Shown piece by piece: positions 18,679 to 26,802 of a stretch of 32,302 nt of DNA. The DNA is from a virus. Taxonomy: Duplodnaviria > Caudoviricetes. The notes under the pieces are model-generated. The model saw only the letters and a list, made by a program, of their open reading frames with translations, had not been told where the DNA came from and ran no database searches. Location: the IMG/VR virus record IMGVR_UViG_3300020045_016449, positions 1-32,302 of that record. One strand, 5' to 3'. The translations under genes were made by a program, and so were the position numbers. Numbering within the stretch: the stretch's first letter is position 1; each line of letters opens with the position of its first letter.

Positions 18679-20380
18679 AATAAATATATTATTAGAAGAC
18701 CTAAAACAAAAATGGATTAAACTTAATCCTGAAATATTTGTAGAATCAAAGACTAATAATAAAGAATTAATTAATGAAATAAGAGTAGTTTCTTCAAAAC
18801 ATTTGTTAAAAATGCCATATGGATATGATTTAGAATCTGAAATTTATATAAAGAACGATTTATTAAATCAATTTTTAAAGGATGTTATTAAATTAAATCC
18901 TATTATTAATAAATATTATAATATATGTATAAAAGTTAACCCTAATATAAATATTTTCAAAGAAGTTAAAGATGGATTTGTAAAAACTCCTATTAATATG
19001 ATTGCAAAATTATTATTTGAAATTTTATATAGATTATATAATAATAGTGATTTAATAAGTTCTTATATTATAAAAAAATTAAAATTAAATAATTATATTA
19101 TAGATGAAAATTTTATAAATAAAATAACCGATAATAAACAAAAACATTTTACTTTTTTACAATATACTAAAAATCATCCAGAAGAAAATTTAAATGAAAT
19201 AATAGTAAGAGGAAAAATTATTCCCTTCAATTCAAATGAATTTGGTAAATTGAAACAAGAAATAAAAGATGCATTTCCCAACAGATTAATAGATATTAAA
19301 GATTGGGGACATAAAGAAACAGTAAATTCTTCAGGAATATTTAATTATGGTTCATATTATTCTGATTATGTTTCATTTAATTTTTATTTAAAAGATTTAA
19401 ATAAAGAAGATGAAGAAATTATAAATAATATAGTTAAAAGATATGCTCATAGATGGGATTTTACTGATATAGTTAATAAATATCGTTATCAATACGATAG
19501 AATTCCAAATGTATGGATAACTTTATCAAAGGAAATAATAAGTGCAGGTGGGGGCCCAATAGGTGAATCGTTTTCAAAACAATGGTGGAATGACACATTG
19601 GAATTGGATGAAATAAAAATAAAAGATAATTTAAATGAAATAGGCGAGCTTTCTTCAACATTTGATTTTATTGAAAAAGGTAAAGATCCTGAAGAAAATA
19701 TATTATATTCATTCAAAACTCCTGAAAACGAATATACTGTTGCTTTTATTGATTTAGAAAATGGAGTTTATGAAAGATATTTTAATACCAAGGATGGTTC
19801 ATACAATACCAATGAAGGTATTGCTTTAAAAGTTATATCAACTGTTACTAAAATAACTATGGATTTTATTTCAAAATATCAACCTAATGAAATATCAATC
19901 CATCCTATTGCAACAGGCAAAGATGAATTTAGTTTTGATGATAAAGATGCTAATATAATTAATATTAGAAGAAAAAATATTTCATTATTATTATTAAATA
20001 AGAATATTGATAAATCTAAATATAATATAATAACAACTCCTCGTCATATATTAATTAAGAAAAAAGACGTAAATGAAATCAAAGTTATTAGAAAAGAAGG
20101 AAAAATATATAATTTAGATAATACTGATTTAAATGGAGATGAAATAATAAAATCAATAAAACCAGGTGATTACATTCAAGCTGGAAAAATATTATGGAAA
20201 ATTACTGATATTTTACAACATAATAATGCAAGAGAATATATCGAATATGAAGGAGTAGGTTTTAAAAATATATTATTTCAAATTCCCATAATAACATTTA
20301 GAGATGAAATTGATATATATAAAGAAGGAAATTTAAAACCTGAACATTTATTTGAAATTAAAATTAAAAATAATGTCTGA
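18668..20380 (+). CDS. Multi-module polyprotein (putative internal head protein)
   Basis: Junction E codons at 18776, 19196, 19610, 19637, 20075 and 20354. Confidence 0.75.
   Translation: MKNKINILLEDLKQKWIKLNPEIFVESKTNNKELINEIRVVSSKHLLKMPYGYDLESEIYIKNDLLNQFLKDVIKLNPIINKYYNICIKVNPNINIFKEVKDGFVKTPINMIAKLLFEILYRLYNNSDLISSYIIKKLKLNNYIIDENFINKITDNKQKHFTFLQYTKNHPEENLNEIIVRGKIIPFNSNEFGKLKQEIKDAFPNRLIDIKDWGHKETVNSSGIFNYGSYYSDYVSFNFYLKDLNKEDEEIINNIVKRYAHRWDFTDIVNKYRYQYDRIPNVWITLSKEIISAGGGPIGESFSKQWWNDTLELDEIKIKDNLNEIGELSSTFDFIEKGKDPEENILYSFKTPENEYTVAFIDLENGVYERYFNTKDGSYNTNEGIALKVISTVTKITMDFISKYQPNEISIHPIATGKDEFSFDDKDANIINIRRKNISLLLLNKNIDKSKYNIITTPRHILIKKKDVNEIKVIRKEGKIYNLDNTDLNGDEIIKSIKPGDYIQAGKILWKITDILQHNNAREYIEYEGVGFKNILFQIPIITFRDEIDIYKEGNLKPEHLFEIKIKNNV
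19571..19614 (+). repeat. 44-nt direct repeat, copy 2 (FSKQWWNDTLELDEI)
   Basis: 41/44 identical to 16029-16072. Confidence 0.9.
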
Positions 20381-20945
20381 ATCTATTTTAAAAAAAGAAT
20401 TTAAAGAGTCTGATTTGCAACGTATTCGTAATTTGGTTACTAAAGATATACATAAAAAAACTAGAACTCAAGTAGGTTATAAAAAAGAAATAGTTGATAG
20501 AATAGAAGGAGAAATATGGGAAGAAGAAGATAAAAAATGGTGTATAAAAAATGGTATAAAGATGAATATTGGTAAATTAGATGATATAAAAAAATTAATT
20601 CATTTACCTTTATTATGTCCTAATTGCAACAATTCAATGAATTCTCCATTAGATAAAAAATTTTATTTATATCATAAAAAGTGTTTTAATTGTGTTATAG
20701 AAATGGAACAACAATTACGTTTAAATGGTGAATGGGAAGAATATGAGCAAAAATATATTAAAACTTATACACAACAAATATTAACTGAATTGGAAAAAGA
20801 ATTTGAAGATTTTTTAATTAGTAATGATTCATTTATAACTGAGCAGGGAGATGTAGAAAATTGGGGAGGAATAGGTAATAAAGATAAAATACGTGAAAAT
20901 TTACAAAAATATATACAAAATATCAAATCTAAAATAAATATATAA
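20373..20945 (+). CDS. Hypothetical protein with CxxC...CxxC zinc motif
   Basis: CPNC...CFNC. ATG 20373 preferred over TTG 20352. Confidence 0.75.
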   Translation: MSESILKKEFKESDLQRIRNLVTKDIHKKTRTQVGYKKEIVDRIEGEIWEEEDKKWCIKNGIKMNIGKLDDIKKLIHLPLLCPNCNNSMNSPLDKKFYLYHKKCFNCVIEMEQQLRLNGEWEEYEQKYIKTYTQQILTELEKEFEDFLISNDSFITEQGDVENWGGIGNKDKIRENLQKYIQNIKSKINI

Positions 20946-20952
20946 TATTTAT
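20945..20952 (+). promoter_or_regulatory. ATATTTAT motif, candidate late promoter
   Basis: 17 nt before ATG 20970. Confidence 0.55.
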
Positions 20953-20969
20953 AAACAAATTATTTGAAT

Positions 20970-21578
20970 ATGACATCTGAAGTAGCAACAGCTCTAATAT
21001 CTGGAGGAACTGCAATATTTACATTAATAGTAGGCCCAATAATAATTGAAGCATGGAAAAGAAGAAATAACAAAGATCCATTAAAAGAAGCAATAGAAAT
21101 TAATAATCTTATTTCAAATAAGTTAGAAGAAATAAAAAATCAATATAATACTGATAGAACATGGTTATGTCAATTTCATAATGGTGGTGTATTTTATCCT
21201 ACAGGTAAATCAATGCAAAAATTTTCAATGATTTATGAAACTATAAACACTAAAGTAGATCCTTTACAACAACAATTTCAAAATATACCTACGGGATTAT
21301 TTAGCAATTTAATTAATACTTTAGAAAAAGGATTAACAGTTAGAATACCTAATTATAAAGAATCAGGAACATATGGGTTAGAATCATTAGCTGAAAGTGC
21401 AAATATACAAAGTACATATATATTTCCTCTTATAACTATTAATAATAAATTAATAGGTTTTGTTGGATTAGATTTTATAAGAAAAAATCATATGGATGAA
21501 AAAATATTATCACAAATAGAATTAGAAATAAGCAGTATTGGTGGTACATTAATGAATGAATATTTAAATAAAAAATAA
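20970..21578 (+). CDS. Membrane-anchored GAF-like domain protein (possible T4 gpT-like holin)
   Basis: N-terminal hydrophobic helix ALISGGTAIFTLIVGPIII. GAF-like DRTWLCQFHNG...STYIFPLITINNKLIGFVGLDF. Confidence 0.55.
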   Translation: MTSEVATALISGGTAIFTLIVGPIIIEAWKRRNNKDPLKEAIEINNLISNKLEEIKNQYNTDRTWLCQFHNGGVFYPTGKSMQKFSMIYETINTKVDPLQQQFQNIPTGLFSNLINTLEKGLTVRIPNYKESGTYGLESLAESANIQSTYIFPLITINNKLIGFVGLDFIRKNHMDEKILSQIELEISSIGGTLMNEYLNKK

Positions 21579-21580
21579 AT

Positions 21581-21588
21581 ATATTTAT
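21581..21588 (+). promoter_or_regulatory. ATATTTAT motif, candidate late promoter
   Basis: 16 nt before ATG 21605. Confidence 0.55.
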
Positions 21589-21604
21589 ATTAAATTAATA
21601 TGAT

Positions 21605-22183
21605 ATGAAAGTAAAAGATTTAAAAACAGCTATACGAAATATACTTGAGGAAACCAAGAAAAAACCATCCAAAAAAGTTGAAAAAACAAAAAAACCAGTT
21701 AAAAAAATAAGTGAAGGAGAAAACAGGGATGAAGTAGGACAATTTTGTATGGTTCATTTACCCCATAAAGATTCCACAATTGATGAAATATTAACAACTC
21801 ATACATTGCAAGAATTTGTTTCAAATCCCGTAGATATGAGTAAAGTTGTTGGTATTTACAAAAATGAAGCTAAAGCTCATAAATTAGCTGAAGAATTATT
21901 AGATCATCGTTCAGCAGTATTAGGTGAAATTAAAGATGGGGAAATACAGAAAAAAATGGAGGAAATTCAAGGTACAAAGGCATTGATTGGTGCAACACAA
22001 CAATATTTCAAATTAAAACCTTCTCTAAATGAAGATGAATCAAATTCTAAATTAGAAGAATTAAATGGTGGTTTAGCAAAATTAGAAGAAGATTTAACTA
22101 AATTGCAAGAAGAAAAAGCAGAAATTGAAGAAACTCGCAAAAATAAAGGTGTAAAACCTAAGAAAAAAGATGATAAAAAATAA
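21605..22183 (+). CDS. Hypothetical charged coiled-coil protein (possible head core/scaffold-associated)
   Basis: MKVKDLKTAIRNILEE leader, K/E rich, C-terminal heptads. Confidence 0.7.
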   Translation: MKVKDLKTAIRNILEETKKKPSKKVEKTKKPVKKISEGENRDEVGQFCMVHLPHKDSTIDEILTTHTLQEFVSNPVDMSKVVGIYKNEAKAHKLAEELLDHRSAVLGEIKDGEIQKKMEEIQGTKALIGATQQYFKLKPSLNEDESNSKLEELNGGLAKLEEDLTKLQEEKAEIEETRKNKGVKPKKKDDKK

Positions 22184-22802
22184 TTTATTAAAAGAATATA
22201 TTAAGTCTAAAATACGTGGAATTTTAGTTGAAAAAAAATTACAAGAAAAAGAAAACGTAAAAAGTTTAGCTAAAATAGGTTTAATAGTTACTAAATTTCC
22301 TGGTGTTAAAAAAACATTGGATAAATTGATGTCTCCTTCTTTTGCTTATTATCTTAAGTCTATAGATATTGTTTCTCCAAAACCAACAACATTTCGTGTT
22401 GTATTAAAAAATAATTTAGATTTTGAATTAACTTATGCTAATAAATCATATATAGCAAAAGTAGCTGGTAAAAAATATTATTTATTAAATCAAGAAGAAG
22501 CACAACGTGCTACTCAAGGAATAACAGATTTATTATTATTGTCACCTGAAGAAAAAGGAACTAAAGAAAAAGGTGAACAAGATCAATTTGATCAGGGTTT
22601 AGCTTCTGATTTAGGTGCAATTGGTGGAGGAGGAATGGGTGGAGGAGTAGGAGGTCCTGCCCCAACAGGTTTACCTGAATTACAACCAGAAGATATTCCA
22701 ACTACTCCAGTTGGTGCCTCAGATGGAGGTGATATAGGAGCTGGTAGCCCTGGAGTAGTTCCATCACCAGGAGGAGGTGGAAGTCCAAGTCCAACCCCTT
22801 AA
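22170..22802 (+). CDS. Hypothetical protein with Gly/Pro-rich C-terminal tail
   Basis: LLKEYIKSKIRGILVE leader and low-complexity GGGG/PSP tail. Confidence 0.75.
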   Translation: MIKNNLLKEYIKSKIRGILVEKKLQEKENVKSLAKIGLIVTKFPGVKKTLDKLMSPSFAYYLKSIDIVSPKPTTFRVVLKNNLDFELTYANKSYIAKVAGKKYYLLNQEEAQRATQGITDLLLLSPEEKGTKEKGEQDQFDQGLASDLGAIGGGGMGGGVGGPAPTGLPELQPEDIPTTPVGASDGGDIGAGSPGVVPSPGGGGSPSPTP

Positions 22803-22812
22803 ATTTTGGAAA

Positions 22813-23070
22813 ATGATAAAACTTAGGTCTTTATTAGAAATAAAAGTTATTTCTAAAATAACTCCTGAAATGGTTGAAAAATTATGGGATGATGGTATTG
22901 GTGATAAAGAAGGAGCTGAAGCTTCTAAAAATAGATTTTATTTAAGAAGAAAATATTTTAGCACAACTCAATTTGACACTCCAATATTTAATTTAAAAAA
23001 TCTTAAACAATTATCTCAATCTCAATTGAATTCATTTTATCAAGACCTACTTAACCTAAAAAACAGTTAA
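22813..23070 (+). CDS. Leader + single ITPE-module protein
   Basis: MIKLRSLLE-IKVISKITPEMVEKLW...LSQSQLNSFYQDLLNLK. ATG 22813. Confidence 0.8.
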   Translation: MIKLRSLLEIKVISKITPEMVEKLWDDGIGDKEGAEASKNRFYLRRKYFSTTQFDTPIFNLKNLKQLSQSQLNSFYQDLLNLKNS

Positions 23071-23810
23071 TGGCTTCAAAAAAATCGAGTTTTGACTACT
23101 ATTTATCACAAATAGATGTTTCAGCTCCAACAAAAATTTATACTTTTCCAACTGCATCCGGAAAGTTTGAAATAAATAACAAAAAAGACCAAGCAAATTT
23201 TTTAACAGTTTACAATACAGCTATGTTACATAGAGGTATTGGTAATGGAGAATTAGCTATAAAATGGTTATTCCAAAACGCAAAAGAAAATCATGGTGGT
23301 CATAAATCAGATTTTATAATAAATGGTTCTGAAGTAGAAGTTAAGTCATATCCTTCTCATACTGCAAAAATGACATTAGGAAAATTCAAATCAGATACTA
23401 ATTCACGTTATTTAATTAATTCAATATTTTCTTTATATAATATAATTAATTATTATCCCGAATTTTATTCTGAAACTTGTTTTAATGTTGAAACTGTTAG
23501 AAATTCATTTGATTTATTAATTTCGGCAAAATCAAAAACTAAAAAACATGAAGAAGTAATGTTATATGTTACTGGTTCTACATCAAAGGAAATGGCCATT
23601 AACACAATGAATAATTTATTTAGAACAAAACTAGAACAAAAACCAGGTCATAATAATTACATAGTTAATGTAACCCCCAAAGATCCTTTGAATATTTATG
23701 TTTTTAAAGTGGATATAGGCAAATTAAATAAAATGACTTATAGTGATTGGATAAAATATACTGATATTCAAAGTTCTGAGTTAAGATTAAACATGTCTTT
23801 ATTTTTGTAA
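23070..23810 (+). CDS. Putative restriction-endonuclease-fold (PD-(D/E)XK) protein
   Basis: GIGNGE...SDFIINGSEVEVKS matches the E...D...ExK catalytic arrangement. Confidence 0.5.
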   Translation: MASKKSSFDYYLSQIDVSAPTKIYTFPTASGKFEINNKKDQANFLTVYNTAMLHRGIGNGELAIKWLFQNAKENHGGHKSDFIINGSEVEVKSYPSHTAKMTLGKFKSDTNSRYLINSIFSLYNIINYYPEFYSETCFNVETVRNSFDLLISAKSKTKKHEEVMLYVTGSTSKEMAINTMNNLFRTKLEQKPGHNNYIVNVTPKDPLNIYVFKVDIGKLNKMTYSDWIKYTDIQSSELRLNMSLFL

Positions 23811-23817
23811 TATTTAT
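23810..23817 (+). promoter_or_regulatory. ATATTTAT motif, candidate late promoter
   Basis: 15 nt before ATG 23833. The 16-mer ATATTTATTACAAATA is identical to the one at 29357. Confidence 0.6.
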
Positions 23818-23832
23818 TACAAATATTAAAAT

Positions 23833-24591
23833 ATGGAAAAAATATGTGGTAATTGTAAACTTCCAAAAAATATTAACGAATTTTATAAAAATAAAGCTAC
23901 TAAAGATGGATTAAATTGTTTTTGTAAAATATGTTCTAAAATTAAAATAGAAGAATGGAAAATTAATAATATTGAAAGAATAAAAAAATATAGTGAAGAA
24001 TATTACCAAAATAATAAAGAGAATTATAAAAAAAGACTTAAAAAATGGTCATCTAAAAATAAAGAAAGACAAATTGAATTAGTTAAAAAAAATTATGAAA
24101 AAGAAAAATTATTAGGTAATAAAAAAAGAAAAGAATGGTTAGAAAATAATCCTAATTATCATCATGATTATTTTCAAAGGAATAAGGAAAGAATAAAACC
24201 AATAAGGAATAAGAATAGAAAAGAATATAGAAAAAATATAAGTGTTAAAATAAGATTAAATTTATCAACCCGAATAGGAACAGTTTTAAAAAGAAATAAA
24301 TTATATAAAACAAATACAACATTAAAATTAATTGGTTGTAATTTGATTGAATTAAAACAATATTTAGAAAAATTATTTATCAAAGGAATGTCATGGGATA
24401 ATTATGGAATCGTTTGGGAAATAGACCATATCAAACCATGTTATGGATTTGATTTAACTGATTATAATGAACAATTAAAATGTTTTCATTTTACAAATTT
24501 ACAACCTTTATTTAAAACGACAAGAATAGCAGAACAATTTGGACATTTTGATCAAATAGGTAATAGAAATAAATGGAGAAAAATTAATTAA
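23833..24591 (+). CDS. HNH homing endonuclease with N-terminal zinc ribbon
   Basis: CGNC...CKIC, GMSWDNYG, WEIDHIKPC, CFHFTNLQPL...NRNK. Confidence 0.88.
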   Translation: MEKICGNCKLPKNINEFYKNKATKDGLNCFCKICSKIKIEEWKINNIERIKKYSEEYYQNNKENYKKRLKKWSSKNKERQIELVKKNYEKEKLLGNKKRKEWLENNPNYHHDYFQRNKERIKPIRNKNRKEYRKNISVKIRLNLSTRIGTVLKRNKLYKTNTTLKLIGCNLIELKQYLEKLFIKGMSWDNYGIVWEIDHIKPCYGFDLTDYNEQLKCFHFTNLQPLFKTTRIAEQFGHFDQIGNRNKWRKIN

Positions 24592-24598
24592 TATTTAT
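24591..24598 (+). promoter_or_regulatory. ATATTTAT motif, candidate late promoter
   Basis: 4 nt before ATG 24603. Confidence 0.55.
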
Positions 24599-24602
24599 AT
24601 TC

Positions 24603-25136
24603 ATGATCAAATTGATGGATATATGTAATGAAATTGCTTCTAGCGATTTAAATTTAATTCATAAATATAGTGGTAAAGTCCTAGAAAAATATGATATAAG
24701 TAATTATGAATTAGCATTAATTGATTTTGGATTTGCTGGAAAAACAGTATCATTAACAAGTAATAATCAACCATATTGGCAACAAGGAGCTCAAGATAAG
24801 AAACCATCATTAAATAAAAAAGGAGATCAAATTTCATCCATTAGAAAAATGATTGAAATTGTTAAAAAATGGGTAAATAAATATGGTAGATTAACTATAG
24901 GTTCAGATAATAAAACCAGAACTAAATATTATCATAATTGGTTTTCTAAAGATATGAAATGTTCTGATATATTTAGTGGAGGATATAATCCCTTGACAAA
25001 TAGTGAAATGTTTGGATTTAATATTACTAATAATTTAGATGAAATTAGAGTTGTACCAAAACGAAAATTAATAGCTACTAAGAGTTATGGTGGAACAAGT
25101 TCAAGATCATATAGAGTAGATATGGGTAATGAATAA
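24603..25136 (+). CDS. Leader + module protein with a truncated second module
   Basis: MIKLMDICNE leader. Internal LDE-IRVV (E codon 25041) is followed by only about 30 aa. Confidence 0.7.
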   Translation: MIKLMDICNEIASSDLNLIHKYSGKVLEKYDISNYELALIDFGFAGKTVSLTSNNQPYWQQGAQDKKPSLNKKGDQISSIRKMIEIVKKWVNKYGRLTIGSDNKTRTKYYHNWFSKDMKCSDIFSGGYNPLTNSEMFGFNITNNLDEIRVVPKRKLIATKSYGGTSSRSYRVDMGNE

Positions 25137-25184
25137 TTGGTAATTTAAGAATTCCTAAAAATATTATTACCTTATTAGATAAAA

Positions 25185-25670
25185 ATGAAAAACAATATTA
25201 AAATATTAAAAGAACAAATTAAAGAAGTAATACGAAATTTATTTCGTGAGGCTACACCTGTACAACCTACACCTCCAAATCAACCCCAACAACCTACTCA
25301 ACCAGTAACTCCTCAACCTGTTCAACAACCATTACACCCACAACAACCACAACCTCAAGATCCAAATCCAAATCCTGATGTTGTAAAACAAGGAGTTGTT
25401 ACATCTGAGCAAGCTGCTGCCTTAATAAGAGGTACAAAAGGAAAAATTTTTACCTGCATTTTTATAAAAAGAAGTGATGGACAAAGAAGAACATTAAATG
25501 GAAGATTAGCTGTAAAAGCATATCTTCATGGTGGAGTACTTCCGTACAATCCTAATGAAAAAAATCTTATCCCAGTATTTGATATCCAGAAGCGAGAATA
25601 TCGTATGATACCTATAGATGGGATAGAAGAATTGAAAATAAATAACTATGTTTTTAAAGTTCAAAAGTAA
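25185..25670 (+). CDS. WYL-like (Sm/SH3 barrel, DUF2693-like) protein with Pro/Gln linker
   Basis: FTCIFIKRSDGQRRTLNG...IPVFDIQKREYRMIP. N-terminal LKEQIKEVIRNLFRE and PQ-rich spacer. Confidence 0.6.
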   Translation: MKNNIKILKEQIKEVIRNLFREATPVQPTPPNQPQQPTQPVTPQPVQQPLHPQQPQPQDPNPNPDVVKQGVVTSEQAAALIRGTKGKIFTCIFIKRSDGQRRTLNGRLAVKAYLHGGVLPYNPNEKNLIPVFDIQKREYRMIPIDGIEELKINNYVFKVQK

Positions 25671-26359
25671 TGAAAGTTTGTAGAAAATGTAATTTAGAAA
25701 AAGATTATTCTGAATTTTATAAGGATTCACATTTAAAAGATGGGTATGAATCTAAATGTAAAAGTTGTAAAAAAGGATATGAAAATATTCGTAAAGAAAA
25801 AATACAACAATACCAACAAAAATATTATTTAAATAATAAAGATAAAATATTAAAGAAAAGTAAAAAATATGATTTAGAGAATAAAGAAAAGAAAAAGAAA
25901 TATCAACAACAATTTTTTCCAAATTATTATAAAAAAAATAAACAAATAATATTTGAAAATAGGAAGAAATGGTATCAAGAAAATAAAGAATATTGTATAA
26001 AAAAATCAACACAGGATACTAATATCAGATATCATAATGATCCTAATTTTAAACTTAGAATTTTATTAAGATCTAGATTATATGAATTAATTAAAAAACA
26101 TAAAAATAATAAATCAAAATCAGCAATAAAACTATTAGGATGTTCAATAAAAGAATGTAAACAACATTTAGAATCAAACCTACTACCAGAATGGAATTGG
26201 TCAAACCATGGTATTGTTTGGGAAATAGACCATATAATTCCATGTAGCAGCTTTGATTTAAGTGACCCAGAACAACAACGCAAGTGTTTTCATTTTACCA
26301 ATTTACAACCATTAAGCATATCAGAAAATCGTTCAAAAGGTAATAAGGTGCAAAAATGA
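25670..26359 (+). CDS. HNH homing endonuclease, paralog of 23833..24591
   Basis: CRKC...CKSC, WEIDHIIPC, CFHFTNLQPLSISENRSKGNK. Confidence 0.9.
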   Translation: MKVCRKCNLEKDYSEFYKDSHLKDGYESKCKSCKKGYENIRKEKIQQYQQKYYLNNKDKILKKSKKYDLENKEKKKKYQQQFFPNYYKKNKQIIFENRKKWYQENKEYCIKKSTQDTNIRYHNDPNFKLRILLRSRLYELIKKHKNNKSKSAIKLLGCSIKECKQHLESNLLPEWNWSNHGIVWEIDHIIPCSSFDLSDPEQQRKCFHFTNLQPLSISENRSKGNKVQK

Positions 26360-26679
26360 TAAAATTAAGTACATTATATAATGAAATAAAAGTATTTTCT
26401 AAAGATAATTATTTTCCAAAAGATAAAGAATGGAAATATAAAGTTACTACTAAGGAACAGGGGATAAAATTATTAAAAAAATTAAATGTTTTAGGATATG
26501 TTTGGGGAGATGGAAGTGAAATAAATTCTGAAGGAAATTATCCAAATAATATATTTGATGATTTAAATAAACCAATATATATTTCAAAAATTAATGATAG
26601 AAGGGGAATAACATGGTCAAGTGATGATAATATGGATGAATTTTTTACAACACCAAACCCATTAAAACTAAATTATTAA
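26356..26679 (+). CDS. Leader + single-module protein
   Basis: MIKLSTLYNE-IKVFSKDNYFPKDKEWKYK, related to module 1 of 3407..3943. Confidence 0.75.
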   Translation: MIKLSTLYNEIKVFSKDNYFPKDKEWKYKVTTKEQGIKLLKKLNVLGYVWGDGSEINSEGNYPNNIFDDLNKPIYISKINDRRGITWSSDDNMDEFFTTPNPLKLNY

Positions 26680-26711
26680 GTAAAGATTCATAGCCTTTAC
26701 ATAATTCATAC

Positions 26712-26771
26712 ATCTTTTAAAAATCTGAGTTCAGTTGTGGCGAACCATGAAGATTTTTAGAGGATTTTTTT
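26712..26771 (+). terminator. Long hairpin followed by a U-tract (terminator or structured leader RNA)
   Basis: ATCTTTTAAAAATCT (26712-26726) pairs with AGATTTTTAGAGGAT (26751-26765): 15 bp with two G.U pairs. Inner GTTC/GAAC stem, then a T run. Confidence 0.65.
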
Positions 26772-26802
26772 ATGCAAAACAAAAAGTTTAATTTTATAAA
26801 AT

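Noticed and set aside
12773-20380. Module repeats as a CRISPR array or a DGR template/variable repeat pair
   Set aside because: The repeats are degenerate, in-frame and irregularly spaced with synonymous variation. Mismatches in the 44-nt pair are not adenine-restricted, and there is no reverse transcriptase or cas operon in the window.
22620-25380. Locally GC-richer low-complexity tracts (22620-22800, 25255-25380) as foreign DNA or ncRNA
   Set aside because: Explained by Gly/Pro and Pro/Gln codons in open frames.
2345-26359. Group I introns or inteins housing the endonucleases
   Set aside because: The endonuclease ORFs abut or overlap their neighbours with no room for intron core structure, and no intein termini were seen. 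They appear free-standing.
26680-26802. tRNA or known riboswitch in the largest non-coding gap
   Set aside because: No cloverleaf or T-loop, and no riboswitch consensus that I can recognise. Kept only as an unassigned hairpin.
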